Below are positions 8,563 through 18,661 of a stretch of 59,145 bases of DNA, piece after piece. The position numbers and the translations under genes were made by a program. The DNA lies in assembly GCA_964624275.1 (NCBI GenBank), contig CAZUXP010000003.1, positions 1 to 59,145 on the forward strand, given 5' to 3'. Position 1 is the stretch's first letter, and each line of letters starts with the position of its first letter. Under the pieces are notes generated by a model. That model saw only the letters and a list, made by a program, of their open reading frames with translations. It ran no database searches and was not told the DNA's origin. Source of the stretch: an uncultured Methanosarcinales archaeon (GTDB lineage Archaea > Nanobdellota > Nanobdellia > Woesearchaeales > DATGWN01).

Positions 8563-9146
8563 TATATTTTTTCACGTGTTCGCAACAACAAATCTGGAAC
8601 CGTTGTTTCAACTTGAAGTGGACTTCCAAATCTTGGGATAAAACTAAACCGAAGTGGTTTTCCTTCTGACACACCAAACGGTGTTTGTAAACAAATACGC
8701 GCAACATCACCACTGACTAAAAAACCTTCACGATGTTGTGTCCCTTGAATAGGATACGTTACTCCAAATCCACTCGTACTATTATATGATGTTGTATTTG
8801 AACAATTCAAATTTTCATTGTACTCATAATCAACTGTTTCATTTTGCAACGAAGCATATAAAAGTAAATCTTCAAATCGCATTGGATTTGATCCTGCTGT
8901 TAGTCGAACTGTTGGCGTAAAGTAATCAAGCGAACTATTCGTAGTTCCATCTTCACCAAAAATTTCAACTACTTGAATGCTTGTTCCAACTTCTTGTGTT
9001 GTTTGTCGACCAGTATCAAGCGCTTTGTTCTGTAAAGCTCCAGCCGTAGTAATCAACACTGATGCTGCAACAGCAGCAACTAAAATCATTGCGATGAATA
9101 TTATAAGGGTACTCATACCCGTTTCTGCATGTTTATTCTTATACAT
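8556..9146 (-). CDS. arlB: Archaellin (archaeal flagellin), copy 1
   Basis: Class III signal peptide plus hydrophobic N-terminus [44 protein letters not shown]. The ATG at 9146 is preceded by GGAGGT; the ORF track used an upstream TTG. Confidence 0.85.
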   Translation of the reverse strand: MYKNKHAETGMSTLIIFIAMILVAAVAASVLITTAGALQNKALDTGRQTTQEVGTSIQVVEIFGEDGTTNSSLDYFTPTVRLTAGSNPMRFEDLLLYASLQNETVDYEYNENLNCSNTTSYNSTSGFGVTYPIQGTQHREGFLVSGDVARICLQTPFGVSEGKPLRFSFIPRFGSPLQVETTVPDLLLRTREKIYP

Positions 9147-9211
9147 ATGTACCTCCAAACGAAATTAGTATACTAATTCGTATACTCATATATAAATGTT
9201 TGCATAATGGT

Positions 9212-9404
9212 CGCTCTGTCCCAAGTCTCAATGCTAAATGAAAAGCACGGCTGAGCTCACTTGCGCAATTACCATCCAGACGCTGCATTAATCGCGTCAT
9301 ATTGGTATCTCACGCCAAAATAAAACAGAGTTTTACAAGTTTTCAAAGAATATCTTTGAAACCAAGGAGCTTTTCATTCCAAAACAGACTCTTAGGACAG
9401 AGCC
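9212..9404. mobile_element. MITE-like element with terminal inverted repeats and a 9-bp flanking direct repeat
   Basis: CATAATGGT occurs at 9203-9211 and 9405-9413. The ends GCTCTGTCCCAAG (9213-9225) and CTTAGGACAGAGC (9391-9403) are 12/13 complementary. No credible ORF inside. Confidence 0.45.
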
Positions 9405-9450
9405 CATAATGGTTAATACTATATTTACTGTTTTGAATATAATATAAAAT

Positions 9451-9476
9451 AAAAAAAATCAAAGCAATTGCTTTGA
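9451..9476 (-). terminator. Hairpin plus U-tract after archaellin copy 2
   Basis: Perfect palindrome TCAAAGCAATTGCTTTGA (9459-9476) lies 2 nt after the stop and is followed on the minus strand by T8. Confidence 0.5.
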
Positions 9477-9478
9477 AA

Positions 9479-10063
9479 TTATGGATATAATATTTCTCGT
9501 GTTCGTAAAATTAAATCCGGTGTTGTCGTTGCAACCAATACTGGAGTTCCAACTCGTGGGATTAAATTTAATCGAAGGTTTTCTGACTCACCAACACTTC
9601 GCGGTGCACTAAAACATACTCGAGCAACATCTCCCCGTGTTAAATAACCTTCCAAATTTTCTGGACCAACAATTGCATAATCAATTCCGTACCCATCAGA
9701 AGTTAATGTTGAAGTATTCGAACAATTAATTGCAGCGTCATATTCATAATCCTGCGTCATATTTGAAAGACCTAATGTAAATAATAAGTCATCAAAACGC
9801 ATTGAATCTGAACCAGAACTTAATTTTAACGTTGTAGTAAAGTTATCAAGTAATGAATTATCCCCATTTTCTGCAAATATTTCAATTATTTGTAGACTTG
9901 TTCCAACTTCTTGCGTTGTCTGTCTTCCTGTGTCTAAAGCTTTATTTTGTAAAGCTCCAGTTGTGGTTATAAGTACTGCTGCTGCTACCGCTGCAACTAA
10001 AATCATTGCAATGAAGATAATCAGAGTACTCATACCCGTTTCAGCTTTTTTTATTCGTTTCAT
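9479..10063 (-). CDS. arlB: Archaellin, copy 2
   Basis: [45 protein letters not shown]-x-S/T sequons in the central region. Confidence 0.9.
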   Translation of the reverse strand: MKRIKKAETGMSTLIIFIAMILVAAVAAAVLITTTGALQNKALDTGRQTTQEVGTSLQIIEIFAENGDNSLLDNFTTTLKLSSGSDSMRFDDLLFTLGLSNMTQDYEYDAAINCSNTSTLTSDGYGIDYAIVGPENLEGYLTRGDVARVCFSAPRSVGESENLRLNLIPRVGTPVLVATTTPDLILRTREILYP

Positions 10064-10150
10064 TTTTGTTTTCCCTGGCGTGAAAACTGTGCTAATAGTA
10101 AAATTATAGATAATGGTATTTATAAAGTTTTACTTAAAAATTAAAAAAAG

Positions 10151-10175
10151 AAAAAAATCAAAGCAATTGCTTTGA
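10151..10175 (-). terminator. Hairpin plus U-tract after archaellin copy 3; duplicate of 9451-9476
   Basis: Same palindrome TCAAAGCAATTGCTTTGA at 10158-10175, followed by T7 on the minus strand. Confidence 0.5.
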
Positions 10176-10177
10176 AA

Positions 10178-10753
10178 TTATGGATATAATATTTCTCGTG
10201 TTCGTAAAATTAAATCCGGTGTTGTCGTTGCAACCAATACTGGAGTTCCAACTCGCGGGATTAAATTTAATCGAAGGTTTTCTGACTCACCAACACTTCG
10301 CGGTGCGTTAAAACATACTCGAGCAACATCTCCTCGCGTCAAATATCCTGCACGGTTTTCCGGACCTTCAATTGCATACTCAATTGCATACTGAGTCGAA
10401 GTTATATTTGTACAATCAGCAGTTGATTCGTATTCATAATCCTGCGTCATATTTGAAAGACCTAATGTAAATAATAAGTCATCAAAACGCATTGAATCTG
10501 AACCAGAACTTAATTTTAACGTTGTAGTAAAGTTATCAAGTAATGAATTATCCCCATTTTCTGCAAATATTTCAATTATTTGTAGACTTGTTCCAACTTC
10601 TTGCGTTGTCTGTCTTCCTGTGTCTAAAGCCTTATTTTGCAAAGCCCCAGTCGTTGTAATTAATACTGCCGCAGCCACTGCAGCAACGAGTATCATAGCG
10701 ATAAATATAATTAACGTGCTCATACCCGTTTCAGCTTTTTTTATTCGTCTCAT
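10178..10753 (-). CDS. arlB: Archaellin, copy 3; tandem duplicate of copy 2
   Basis: First 108 aa are identical to copy 2 apart from K2R, and the C-terminal ~56 aa are nearly identical. AGGAGA precedes the ATG. Confidence 0.9.
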   Translation of the reverse strand: MRRIKKAETGMSTLIIFIAMILVAAVAAAVLITTTGALQNKALDTGRQTTQEVGTSLQIIEIFAENGDNSLLDNFTTTLKLSSGSDSMRFDDLLFTLGLSNMTQDYEYESTADCTNITSTQYAIEYAIEGPENRAGYLTRGDVARVCFNAPRSVGESENLRLNLIPRVGTPVLVATTTPDLILRTREILYP

Positions 10754-10962
10754 TGTTGTAATCTCCTTATTTTAGACATAAATTGTCTATTTGTAGTAGT
10801 TTTACATTCAATCTTATTTAAATCTTTATAACTACTTTTAAATAGAAACCTCTCTTGTTACGCATATATTCAGCAAAAAAATGAATAATTCTAAAAAACG
10901 ATTTTTCAAAACACTACTTTTGTGTATACTACTATAGTTTCAAAAGAAATAGTGAGAAAATT

Positions 10963-11547
10963 TTACGGATATAAATTCTCTTGTACCGAACTAAAATATC
11001 GCGGTGCAATAAGCGTAAGTCGACTTGGAATCCCAACACGCGGAACTAAACTCAATCGAAAACGTTCAGATTCAGTTATAAGACGTGGACTTTGTAAACA
11101 GAGCTCAACTATATCACCAGATTGAATATACCCATCACGCTGAGTTTGAGATTCAAGTGAATACATAACACCGAATTGTGTTTGTGATAATTGTGATGAG
11201 TTCTGGCAGTCTATTGATGCATTATATGAATAATCTGCCGAGTTATCGTCTAATGTAAGCACTGCCAAAACATCATCAAATCGAATTGTACTTGAACCTG
11301 CTGAAAGTCTTGTTGTAATAGAAAAATCATCTAATCCTCCAGCTGAACCGTTTTTTGCATTAATGTGCACTACAGTTAAGCCTGTACTAATTTCATCTTG
11401 CGTCATTTTTCCAACATCAAGAGCTTTATTTTGCAAAGCTCCAGTTGTGTTAATTAGCACTGTTGCAGCTGTTGCAGCAACTAAAATCATCGCAATAAAA
11501 ATAATAAGAGTACCCATTCCCATTTCGGCAGATTTTCTTCTAAACAC
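10963..11547 (-). CDS. arlB: Archaellin, copy 4, more divergent
   Basis: [45 protein letters not shown] start preceded by GAGGTG. Confidence 0.85.
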   Translation of the reverse strand: MFRRKSAEMGMGTLIIFIAMILVAATAATVLINTTGALQNKALDVGKMTQDEISTGLTVVHINAKNGSAGGLDDFSITTRLSAGSSTIRFDDVLAVLTLDDNSADYSYNASIDCQNSSQLSQTQFGVMYSLESQTQRDGYIQSGDIVELCLQSPRLITESERFRLSLVPRVGIPSRLTLIAPRYFSSVQENLYP

Positions 11548-11698
11548 TTACTTTAACACCTCGGCAGGTCTACTAATATACAAAATCGCACACTAATAGA
11601 TATAAAACCTATACCTTTGTTTATTTAAATATGACTCACTACTCAACAATAGTATAAATCGAAACATTTAAATTATAGTGTAACTTTACAGTAATAAA

Positions 11699-11971
11699 AT
11701 GAATTATGCGATTGTATCAATACTCTTTGTTGGAATCATCCTAAATTTTGCTATTCAACTTACAGATATTGCAAACGAAACATCACAAATGACACTCTCA
11801 TTTGCATCTAGTATGAATAATGATTTAGAATGCGTCTTAGATGGTGGACGACTAACAGAATGTCAACAAGATGTTCAAAGACATTCTCAAAAAGATTTCA
11901 TCAAAAAACTCAACCAAACACAAGAACTTGTGAATGAATTCGAAACAGATGTTGCACAACTCATGAGTTAA
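11699..11971 (+). CDS. Small protein with an N-terminal TM helix, function unknown; opposite strand to the archaellum genes
   Basis: 90-aa ORF starting MNYAIVSILFVGIILNFAIQL. Its stop overlaps the stop of the 848-aa gene. Confidence 0.35.
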   Translation: MNYAIVSILFVGIILNFAIQLTDIANETSQMTLSFASSMNNDLECVLDGGRLTECQQDVQRHSQKDFIKKLNQTQELVNEFETDVAQLMS

Positions 11972-14514
11972 TCATCTTTTTTCTCATCGTTTTTTTTATT
12001 TTCTAATCGTTTTGATTCGTCTTGAAGATGTTTTCGTAATTCATCTTCTAAAATATTTAAATCATCAAAAACTCTGAGTACTTCTTCATCTTCATATCCT
12101 GCTTCTAACAATTCGGTCATGATACGCTTATCATCTCGACCTAGTGAACGTTGAAGTTCAATAAATACTTCGACTGCACGACCAGCATGTTTGACATGAC
12201 TTTGTTCAACTGCCTCACTTGCAGTCTTTGGAATAACAACGTCTTCAGCCTCCATCTCTTTTGGTCGGCGCTTTTGATCAACAATATATTTTACAAGTAT
12301 GCTTATAATTGCAAGTGCAAGTAAACCAACTGATACCCAAATTGCAGTTGTAATCCACGTTGGTTCCGTAATTACAAGTTGTTCAATATCTTCATCCCGA
12401 TTCACAAATTCAACTACTTCTAAATCAATGTCAATAATCGCTTTATATCCTAATGACTCTGCTATAAATGATGAAGTCAAATTTTGAGAAATAAGCGAAT
12501 CATCAGTTTGTATAATTTTTATTGATGCAGTTGTTTGAGGCGATAATGTAAAATCATCTGGCAAGGAATAAGCAGGAAGAGAATCTTCCCAAAAAACTGA
12601 AATGGGTAAATCTGAAGATAATTGATTTTGAATCGTCACAACATACGGGCGACGTTCAGTTCCATGACCAGTAAGTGATATTGTAAAAGGAGGTTTTGAT
12701 TCTTTTGTAACAGAAATAGAAAACGAATCTTCAATAGGAATATATGTTCCATTACACATGTAAAAAACATCAACAATATATTCACCATTTTGTAAAATAG
12801 TATAATCTACAAATAGCGAATTATTCTGTGTTGAAAAGGTCGTATTTGAAAAAATTTGCGAAAACGTAATTGAACATTGCGTGAGAGAATCACTTGCGTT
12901 AAATGGCATTCGGACTGACTCGCGTTCTTGAATCAAATAGTATTGTTGAGGAATTTCAAATGAAATTTGAGGTATTTTTGAAAATAAGACTGGAATCTTC
13001 ATTCGTGAGCCAACCAAAAACGTATCTTCGTATAACCCATCCGAATCTTGTTCTAATAAGAAGACACCAATTGGTTCTTCGTCTGATTCAGTAAACGAAA
13101 TACCATTTTTATCTTGAAGCGATAAATTATAATTATGAAAAGTCAGATTATCAAATCGTATTTGAATACGAGAGTCTTGCGTATAAAACAGTAATGGTTC
13201 AAATCGAACAGGCGTCGTATTTTTATGAAACAACTCGAACATAATTATATCAGAATACGAATCTTTCCAACCACCATATTGATATTCACTCTCTAACCAA
13301 TTTGTTGCATCAATAATCCAATCATTATCATAATCAAGTATACGCAAAGCTTCTAGTGTAGTTAAACTGTTTTTGAAACTACCTATATTGTCTTGATTAT
13401 ACAAAATGCCCGTATATAAGTCTTCATTTTTTGTGATATTATACGCGTAAATATTCAAAAGCATATTTGTTCTATCAGCAGTTATACCAACTTGTTGTTG
13501 CGTAAAAACATAATCTTCAAAATATGAAAAACCAGCATCAAATGCTTGATTTGTTATTCCATTTAGTTGTAAGAATTTTGATGTTGAAAATGTATCACAC
13601 ATATGGCGCGTATCTAAAGTGTAAGGTAAACAGCCAGGCTTCATGTCAAATATAAAATAATGCACATCTTCATCTTCATTTTCTGAATCAAATTTTGAAT
13701 CACCCGATATTACATCTACATTGAATTCATCTTGAATTGAAATTTCAAACGCACTTGAGCAAGTTATATTTAGAGGCGACTCAGTTCTCATTACAAAATT
13801 AAATGAACGGATATTATCATCACCAAATAACACTGTTTGAAATTGATTATTTCCGTATTTTAATTGGCACGTTGTTGAAGAACTCGAACGTAATGTCATA
13901 AACCAATCTTGATATTCAACTTTATTTTGAATTGATTGTAACCACAATAATGCATCTTGGTAAATTCTATCTTCAGGCCCTGAACCAGCACGATGAAGAG
14001 TAAATAAAACGTCAGTTGTTTGTGATATTGAACAACCACTTTTCGGCCAACATTTGAATTGATCATTTCGTAAATTACGTAATTCTTCAATCGCACTATC
14101 GCGACGATTTGAATCTTGTAACGTATGTGCAACAAGCACTTGTGTTGCAATATCAGTTGCATACGTCTTATTATATTGTGTATAACGATATAATGGTAAA
14201 ACATATGAATTAAATGGAATTGGAATTTTATTTGAACCAATTTGTAAAAAAGGATCAGCACAAGTCACATTATTTGAATCAAATGCAATTAATGAACAAC
14301 TCTCATTATATGATATGTTCAAAACTGAACTTGAAAGACAACTCACATTAATATCTGGTTGAGATGAACAAACTTTCGCATGCACAATATCACCAATAAT
14401 ATATGAATCAGAAGAAAACTCAACTGTTTGCGCATACGCAAATGATAAACCTAATAGAATCAAACCCATAATACAAAAATATTTCAAAATATTCCAATTC
14501 ATCATATACTTCAT
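11968..14514 (-). CDS. Large secreted, C-terminally TM-anchored surface glycoprotein-like protein with prenyltransferase/terpene-cyclase-type alpha/alpha-toroid repeats
   Basis: N-terminal signal (ILLGLSFAYA). ALLWLQSIQ and ATNWLESEYQYGGWKD resemble the w-L-x-x-Q-x-x-dGgW repeats. More than 20 N-x-S/T sequons. TM helix WITTAIWVSVGLLALAIISILV followed by a charged tail. Confidence 0.6.
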   Translation of the reverse strand: MKYMMNWNILKYFCIMGLILLGLSFAYAQTVEFSSDSYIIGDIVHAKVCSSQPDINVSCLSSSVLNISYNESCSLIAFDSNNVTCADPFLQIGSNKIPIPFNSYVLPLYRYTQYNKTYATDIATQVLVAHTLQDSNRRDSAIEELRNLRNDQFKCWPKSGCSISQTTDVLFTLHRAGSGPEDRIYQDALLWLQSIQNKVEYQDWFMTLRSSSSTTCQLKYGNNQFQTVLFGDDNIRSFNFVMRTESPLNITCSSAFEISIQDEFNVDVISGDSKFDSENEDEDVHYFIFDMKPGCLPYTLDTRHMCDTFSTSKFLQLNGITNQAFDAGFSYFEDYVFTQQQVGITADRTNMLLNIYAYNITKNEDLYTGILYNQDNIGSFKNSLTTLEALRILDYDNDWIIDATNWLESEYQYGGWKDSYSDIIMFELFHKNTTPVRFEPLLFYTQDSRIQIRFDNLTFHNYNLSLQDKNGISFTESDEEPIGVFLLEQDSDGLYEDTFLVGSRMKIPVLFSKIPQISFEIPQQYYLIQERESVRMPFNASDSLTQCSITFSQIFSNTTFSTQNNSLFVDYTILQNGEYIVDVFYMCNGTYIPIEDSFSISVTKESKPPFTISLTGHGTERRPYVVTIQNQLSSDLPISVFWEDSLPAYSLPDDFTLSPQTTASIKIIQTDDSLISQNLTSSFIAESLGYKAIIDIDLEVVEFVNRDEDIEQLVITEPTWITTAIWVSVGLLALAIISILVKYIVDQKRRPKEMEAEDVVIPKTASEAVEQSHVKHAGRAVEVFIELQRSLGRDDKRIMTELLEAGYEDEEVLRVFDDLNILEDELRKHLQDESKRLENKKNDEKKDD

Positions 14515-14558
14515 TTGAATTTTCTCTTTTTAAGTATTGCGTCTCTCATGTTGGTGTT

Positions 14559-16232
14559 TTATCCTATCGGTTGAATTTCAGGAAGCATCATATCAGCAAG
14601 TGGAGGAAGTAATAATGCAAGAAGTGAACCAATTACCAACATATTAACAATATCAATTAAACAACCATAAATTGAACCACCATCGATTAATTTCATAATA
14701 ACGGCCGATGATACTGAGTGAATTAATACAAGTAATGCAATATACATATATACAACACTAAAATCAATTGTTGAAATTGTTGGCAAAATAGAACCTGCCA
14801 CATTTACAACCGAACCTTCTATTTCAGGAACAGATGAAAAAACTTCAACAAGTGTCTCGGAAATTTGTGCTGAAATATAAATTGTGCCGACAATACCAAT
14901 AAGAGCTCCATAAAGTGTCCCTCGAAGTGATTTTGAAGCCTGTACACGAAGTTTTCGCAAAGAGTTTAATCTACTTGTATTATTACTCACAATTTCCCCA
15001 ATTTTTTGCGCATTACCTCCCAAATATATCGATTCAATGTAAATTCTCGTAAAATTGTTAATTAAATCACTTCCCGATTCTTCTGCAAAATAATTCCACG
15101 ATTCAAATTTTTCCGCACCGACTCTTAATCGACGATACAAATGATGAGCCATATCATTTAATGCATCAAAATCATGAACTTGGGTGGAACGAAGTGCGGA
15201 TATGACACCACGATTTCCAACATCAATACTCGCCCCAACGATTCGAGTAAATACTGGAAACTGTGAATCTTTTTTAATAATTTTTTTTTCAATACCACTC
15301 GCCATTAAACCTGGAATAATAAGAGGAAAAGAAGCAAGCGCCAAAACTAACATTAACTCAAGTCTTCCTAGTAACAATAAAAAAAATAATCCCGTGATAA
15401 TTATAGAAATTAAAAATGTTTTTTGTAATTTTTTTAATTCCTTATTTTGATGTTTTCCCCGAATGATAAGTTTATCTTTTGGGATAACTGAAAAGGTAAT
15501 CACAATCATAATTACATCGACAAATAAAACACCTAGAACAGCAAATAAAACAATATTTTCAACTGCAATATCTAATAATAATGGCGCTAGTAATCCTAGA
15601 CCAACTAAAAAGGCGGTTGAAACTGTAACTGCTACGAAAATTTCTTTAAATAAATCTATTGAATTAATTGATTTTTTATATTCAATTGCATAATCATTTA
15701 GAATTTCAGATTGTTCTTGAACTAAAAACGAACTTAAATCCTGACCAAAATCCATTACAACTGCAAGACGATCTAAAAAATCAGCAAAAATTGGCGATGG
15801 TACTTGATATGCTACTTTTCGACAAGCACTTGCATATCCTAAATTCCATTTTTTTGCCAAATAATAAATCTTTCCGAATATAATACTGATTTCACCAAAA
15901 ACTGCCTTTTCAGAAATTCGTTTGAACAACACATTACGTGTTACATCCATTGTTGAAATTGTACCAGCATATGTAATAAAATAATGTAAATTATCATGAA
16001 TACTTTTTTTTTGTTTATTATATTCTATAAAGGGATATACCACAATAATTGCAAGAAGACTTAATACGGTTGGTAATAAAACTAACATTGGAACATACGG
16101 TATTTGTGAAAGGACAATTGCTAAAATTAAAATTCCAACAATTGATGGAAGAAAAAACATATATAAAAAATGTTTATAACTCTTAAAACCAGAAATAGTG
16201 CTTAATTTATCTAATTCTTTTACAAAACTCAT
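14559..16232 (-). CDS. arlJ: Archaellum membrane platform protein ArlJ (FlaJ; TadC/GspF family)
   Basis: 557-aa polytopic protein directly downstream of the arlI-type ATPase, with two cytoplasmic domains between TM bundles. Confidence 0.85.
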   Translation of the reverse strand: MSFVKELDKLSTISGFKSYKHFLYMFFLPSIVGILILAIVLSQIPYVPMLVLLPTVLSLLAIIVVYPFIEYNKQKKSIHDNLHYFITYAGTISTMDVTRNVLFKRISEKAVFGEISIIFGKIYYLAKKWNLGYASACRKVAYQVPSPIFADFLDRLAVVMDFGQDLSSFLVQEQSEILNDYAIEYKKSINSIDLFKEIFVAVTVSTAFLVGLGLLAPLLLDIAVENIVLFAVLGVLFVDVIMIVITFSVIPKDKLIIRGKHQNKELKKLQKTFLISIIITGLFFLLLLGRLELMLVLALASFPLIIPGLMASGIEKKIIKKDSQFPVFTRIVGASIDVGNRGVISALRSTQVHDFDALNDMAHHLYRRLRVGAEKFESWNYFAEESGSDLINNFTRIYIESIYLGGNAQKIGEIVSNNTSRLNSLRKLRVQASKSLRGTLYGALIGIVGTIYISAQISETLVEVFSSVPEIEGSVVNVAGSILPTISTIDFSVVYMYIALLVLIHSVSSAVIMKLIDGGSIYGCLIDIVNMLVIGSLLALLLPPLADMMLPEIQPIG

Positions 16233-16240
16233 CGTATATC

Positions 16241-17890
16241 CTATAATTTAAACGGTAATGTTTTTTCCCCACCATAAAAATAGTTCACTAAAACATCCCA
16301 TACATCAAAATAATTAAATATTTTTTCTTCAACCATCCTTACTAATATTCTTTTTCGAAGTTGAAGATCAGCATAAATTTTTCGTGGATCAGCATATCCT
16401 TTCATTTTCGCAATTTTTTGTTCAAGTATGTAACTATTAAAATTACCTCGAAATAAATGCGTATCTGTTACTGGATCCCATGTAAAAACTTCTCTTGTAA
16501 TAACTTTATTCATCGGTTCATAAAATCTCTCTAATTCAGAAATAGACATAACTCGACGCAAATGTTTCCCATTTTGTGAAACTGCTTGTTGAATTAAACA
16601 AATATTTAAATTATTCATAAACGATAATGGAACATTAATAGGATCACCATTGAGTCGCTGAATCATCGTTTTTACATTTCCAGCGTGAAATGTTGAAAGT
16701 ACAGGGTGACCAGTCTGCATTGCTTGAAAGGCGATACCTCCTTCAACTCCACGAATCTCACCAACGATAATATAATTTGGACGACTTCGAAGTGCAGCAA
16801 TTAAGAGATCTTGATATCCAACATCACTATCCTTACCAGACTCACGCGTCACTAAATGTTGCCATACATCGTGAGGCATCGTTACTTCCGGTGTATTTTC
16901 TACAGTGTAAATTTTTGCATCAGGTTTAATAAATGCACAACACGCATTTAATGTTGTTGTTTTTCCCGAAGCTGTTTCTCCACAAACAAACATATTCATA
17001 CCATTTTCTAATGCTAACCATATATATGCAGCTAAATCATAACTCATTGTTCCCCAATTTAAAATCTGTGTAACAGAAACTGGAACTGATGAGAATTTTC
17101 GAATTGTAAAACTTGTTCCTTCTTGACTAATATCTTTACCATAAATAAAGTTACTTCGTGAACCATCAGGCATAATTGCATCAACTACCGCATTTGCATC
17201 ACTTGCTGGTCGTTCAACTCGCTCAGTCAACTCAGCAACATATTTATCAACATCATTGTCATCATCAAAAATTAAATTTGTATGAACCATCCCAAATACT
17301 TTATGAATCGTTGTTAAATTACCTACACCCGTACAATGAATATCTTCTAAATTAGGATCATTTAATAGTGCTTCCAGTTTTCCGTATCCTGTTCTTTCAC
17401 GAATTAAATAATATTTTATGATTTCATACTGCACTTTTGTTATCGTTATTTTATTTTCAAAATAACTTGAAAAAACATTTTTTGGTTGACCTATTTGAAT
17501 AACCGAATCTAAGAGCTTTAATAAAATCGGATTCACATTTTGAATATCTGCTGGAACTTTTTCTCGATACGCAATATCGGTTATTCTTTGCACAATCTTA
17601 TTATACAAAATTCGAACTTCACTTGTCATTATCGGTTCAATAACATTATATTCAATTCTACCACCATCTATTTGAACAATGTGAATTAAAATAGGATCTT
17701 TAATCGGATAAATTAAATTCTTATCTTTTGATTGCCCCATATCACGACCAAGTTTTTCAAAAAATTCTGGTTGAGGCATTTTCAAATTAGAAAGATATGT
17801 ACGTAAATGTGGAAATTTTTTTTTTGCTTCTTCAAAATCAGTCGTGATTCCCGATCTATCTTCCGTTCTAGGTTTTTCTGTTTTAGGCAT
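16241..17890 (-). CDS. arlI: Archaellum assembly/motor ATPase ArlI (FlaI)
   Basis: Walker A GETASGKTTTLNA, Asp/His boxes (IIVGEIRG, HPVLSTFHAG) and a typical secretion-ATPase layout. Confidence 0.9.
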   Translation of the reverse strand: MPKTEKPRTEDRSGITTDFEEAKKKFPHLRTYLSNLKMPQPEFFEKLGRDMGQSKDKNLIYPIKDPILIHIVQIDGGRIEYNVIEPIMTSEVRILYNKIVQRITDIAYREKVPADIQNVNPILLKLLDSVIQIGQPKNVFSSYFENKITITKVQYEIIKYYLIRERTGYGKLEALLNDPNLEDIHCTGVGNLTTIHKVFGMVHTNLIFDDDNDVDKYVAELTERVERPASDANAVVDAIMPDGSRSNFIYGKDISQEGTSFTIRKFSSVPVSVTQILNWGTMSYDLAAYIWLALENGMNMFVCGETASGKTTTLNACCAFIKPDAKIYTVENTPEVTMPHDVWQHLVTRESGKDSDVGYQDLLIAALRSRPNYIIVGEIRGVEGGIAFQAMQTGHPVLSTFHAGNVKTMIQRLNGDPINVPLSFMNNLNICLIQQAVSQNGKHLRRVMSISELERFYEPMNKVITREVFTWDPVTDTHLFRGNFNSYILEQKIAKMKGYADPRKIYADLQLRKRILVRMVEEKIFNYFDVWDVLVNYFYGGEKTLPFKL

Positions 17891-17908
17891 TGTGTATTTT
17901 CATTCCAG

Positions 17909-18601
17909 CTAATTACTTATATCAATAATAATACCCATTCCAGCTCGAACTTTAAATGGTAATTCTTCAGGGTAATCATTTGTTGCACTTTGAAATCGTT
18001 GTATTTTCAATATTTTTACAACATTATCATATACTTCTTTTTCATATAATCGAAAATATACTTCAGACATACGTTGTAATCGTTGAAAAAATTCAGTGTT
18101 AATATTATCACTATCAACACAGAATAAAATTGTTTTTCCTAAAGTCGAGACTTTTCGTAAAAATGTTAATAACGCAAAAACTTTTGTTGAATCTTCATCA
18201 ACACGAAGCAATAAATCATTAAAAGAGTCAAACACGATTAAATCGGATTTGAATAACTCTTTTTTATGCATAATTTTTTCTAACACATCTTCTCCAAATG
18301 TTATATCATACATTGAAGAAAATAACGAAACATATTTGAATTTTTTATTTAAAATGTATTGACTTACATCAAAACCTAAAGATGCCATTTGCGGAATAAA
18401 GCTTGAAACCGTCATTTCCGTATTAATATATGTAACTGTTTGTTCATTTATCACCGCACTATATGCAAAACGTTGTGCAACAACAGATTTACCAAGACCT
18501 GCAGCACCTTCAACTAAGACAAAACTTTGTAATGGAAGATAACCGCCTATTTTTCGAGCAAGCTCATCTCCCTCTATCGTTATATTTAATCCTCCACTCA
18601 T
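17909..18601 (-). CDS. arlH: Archaellum RecA/KaiC-like protein ArlH (FlaH)
   Basis: VEGAAGLGKSVVAQRF Walker A and a ...YINTEMTVSSFIPQMASLGFDV pattern. Position is between arlF/G and arlI. Confidence 0.85.
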   Translation of the reverse strand: MSGGLNITIEGDELARKIGGYLPLQSFVLVEGAAGLGKSVVAQRFAYSAVINEQTVTYINTEMTVSSFIPQMASLGFDVSQYILNKKFKYVSLFSSMYDITFGEDVLEKIMHKKELFKSDLIVFDSFNDLLLRVDEDSTKVFALLTFLRKVSTLGKTILFCVDSDNINTEFFQRLQRMSEVYFRLYEKEVYDNVVKILKIQRFQSATNDYPEELPFKVRAGMGIIIDISN

Positions 18602-18661
18602 TTAAAACCCCTTTTTTAACATATACTAACAATCATACTTTTAACAAATATTATGGTGAAA

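Noticed and set aside
9147-9300. 53-aa minus-strand ORF (MTRLMQRLDGNCASELSRAFHLALRLGTERPL...) inside the MITE-like element, initially reminiscent of a four-helix-bundle fragment
   Set aside because: It crosses the element's terminal repeat and runs into the archaellin leader. It has no SD and no recognisable domain, so it is most likely fortuitous or a relic.
8556-11547. CRISPR-like periodicity from the repeated terminator palindromes and archaellin duplicates
   Set aside because: The repeat period is a whole gene (~700 bp) and the repeats are coding duplicates. There are no short regularly spaced repeats and no cas genes.
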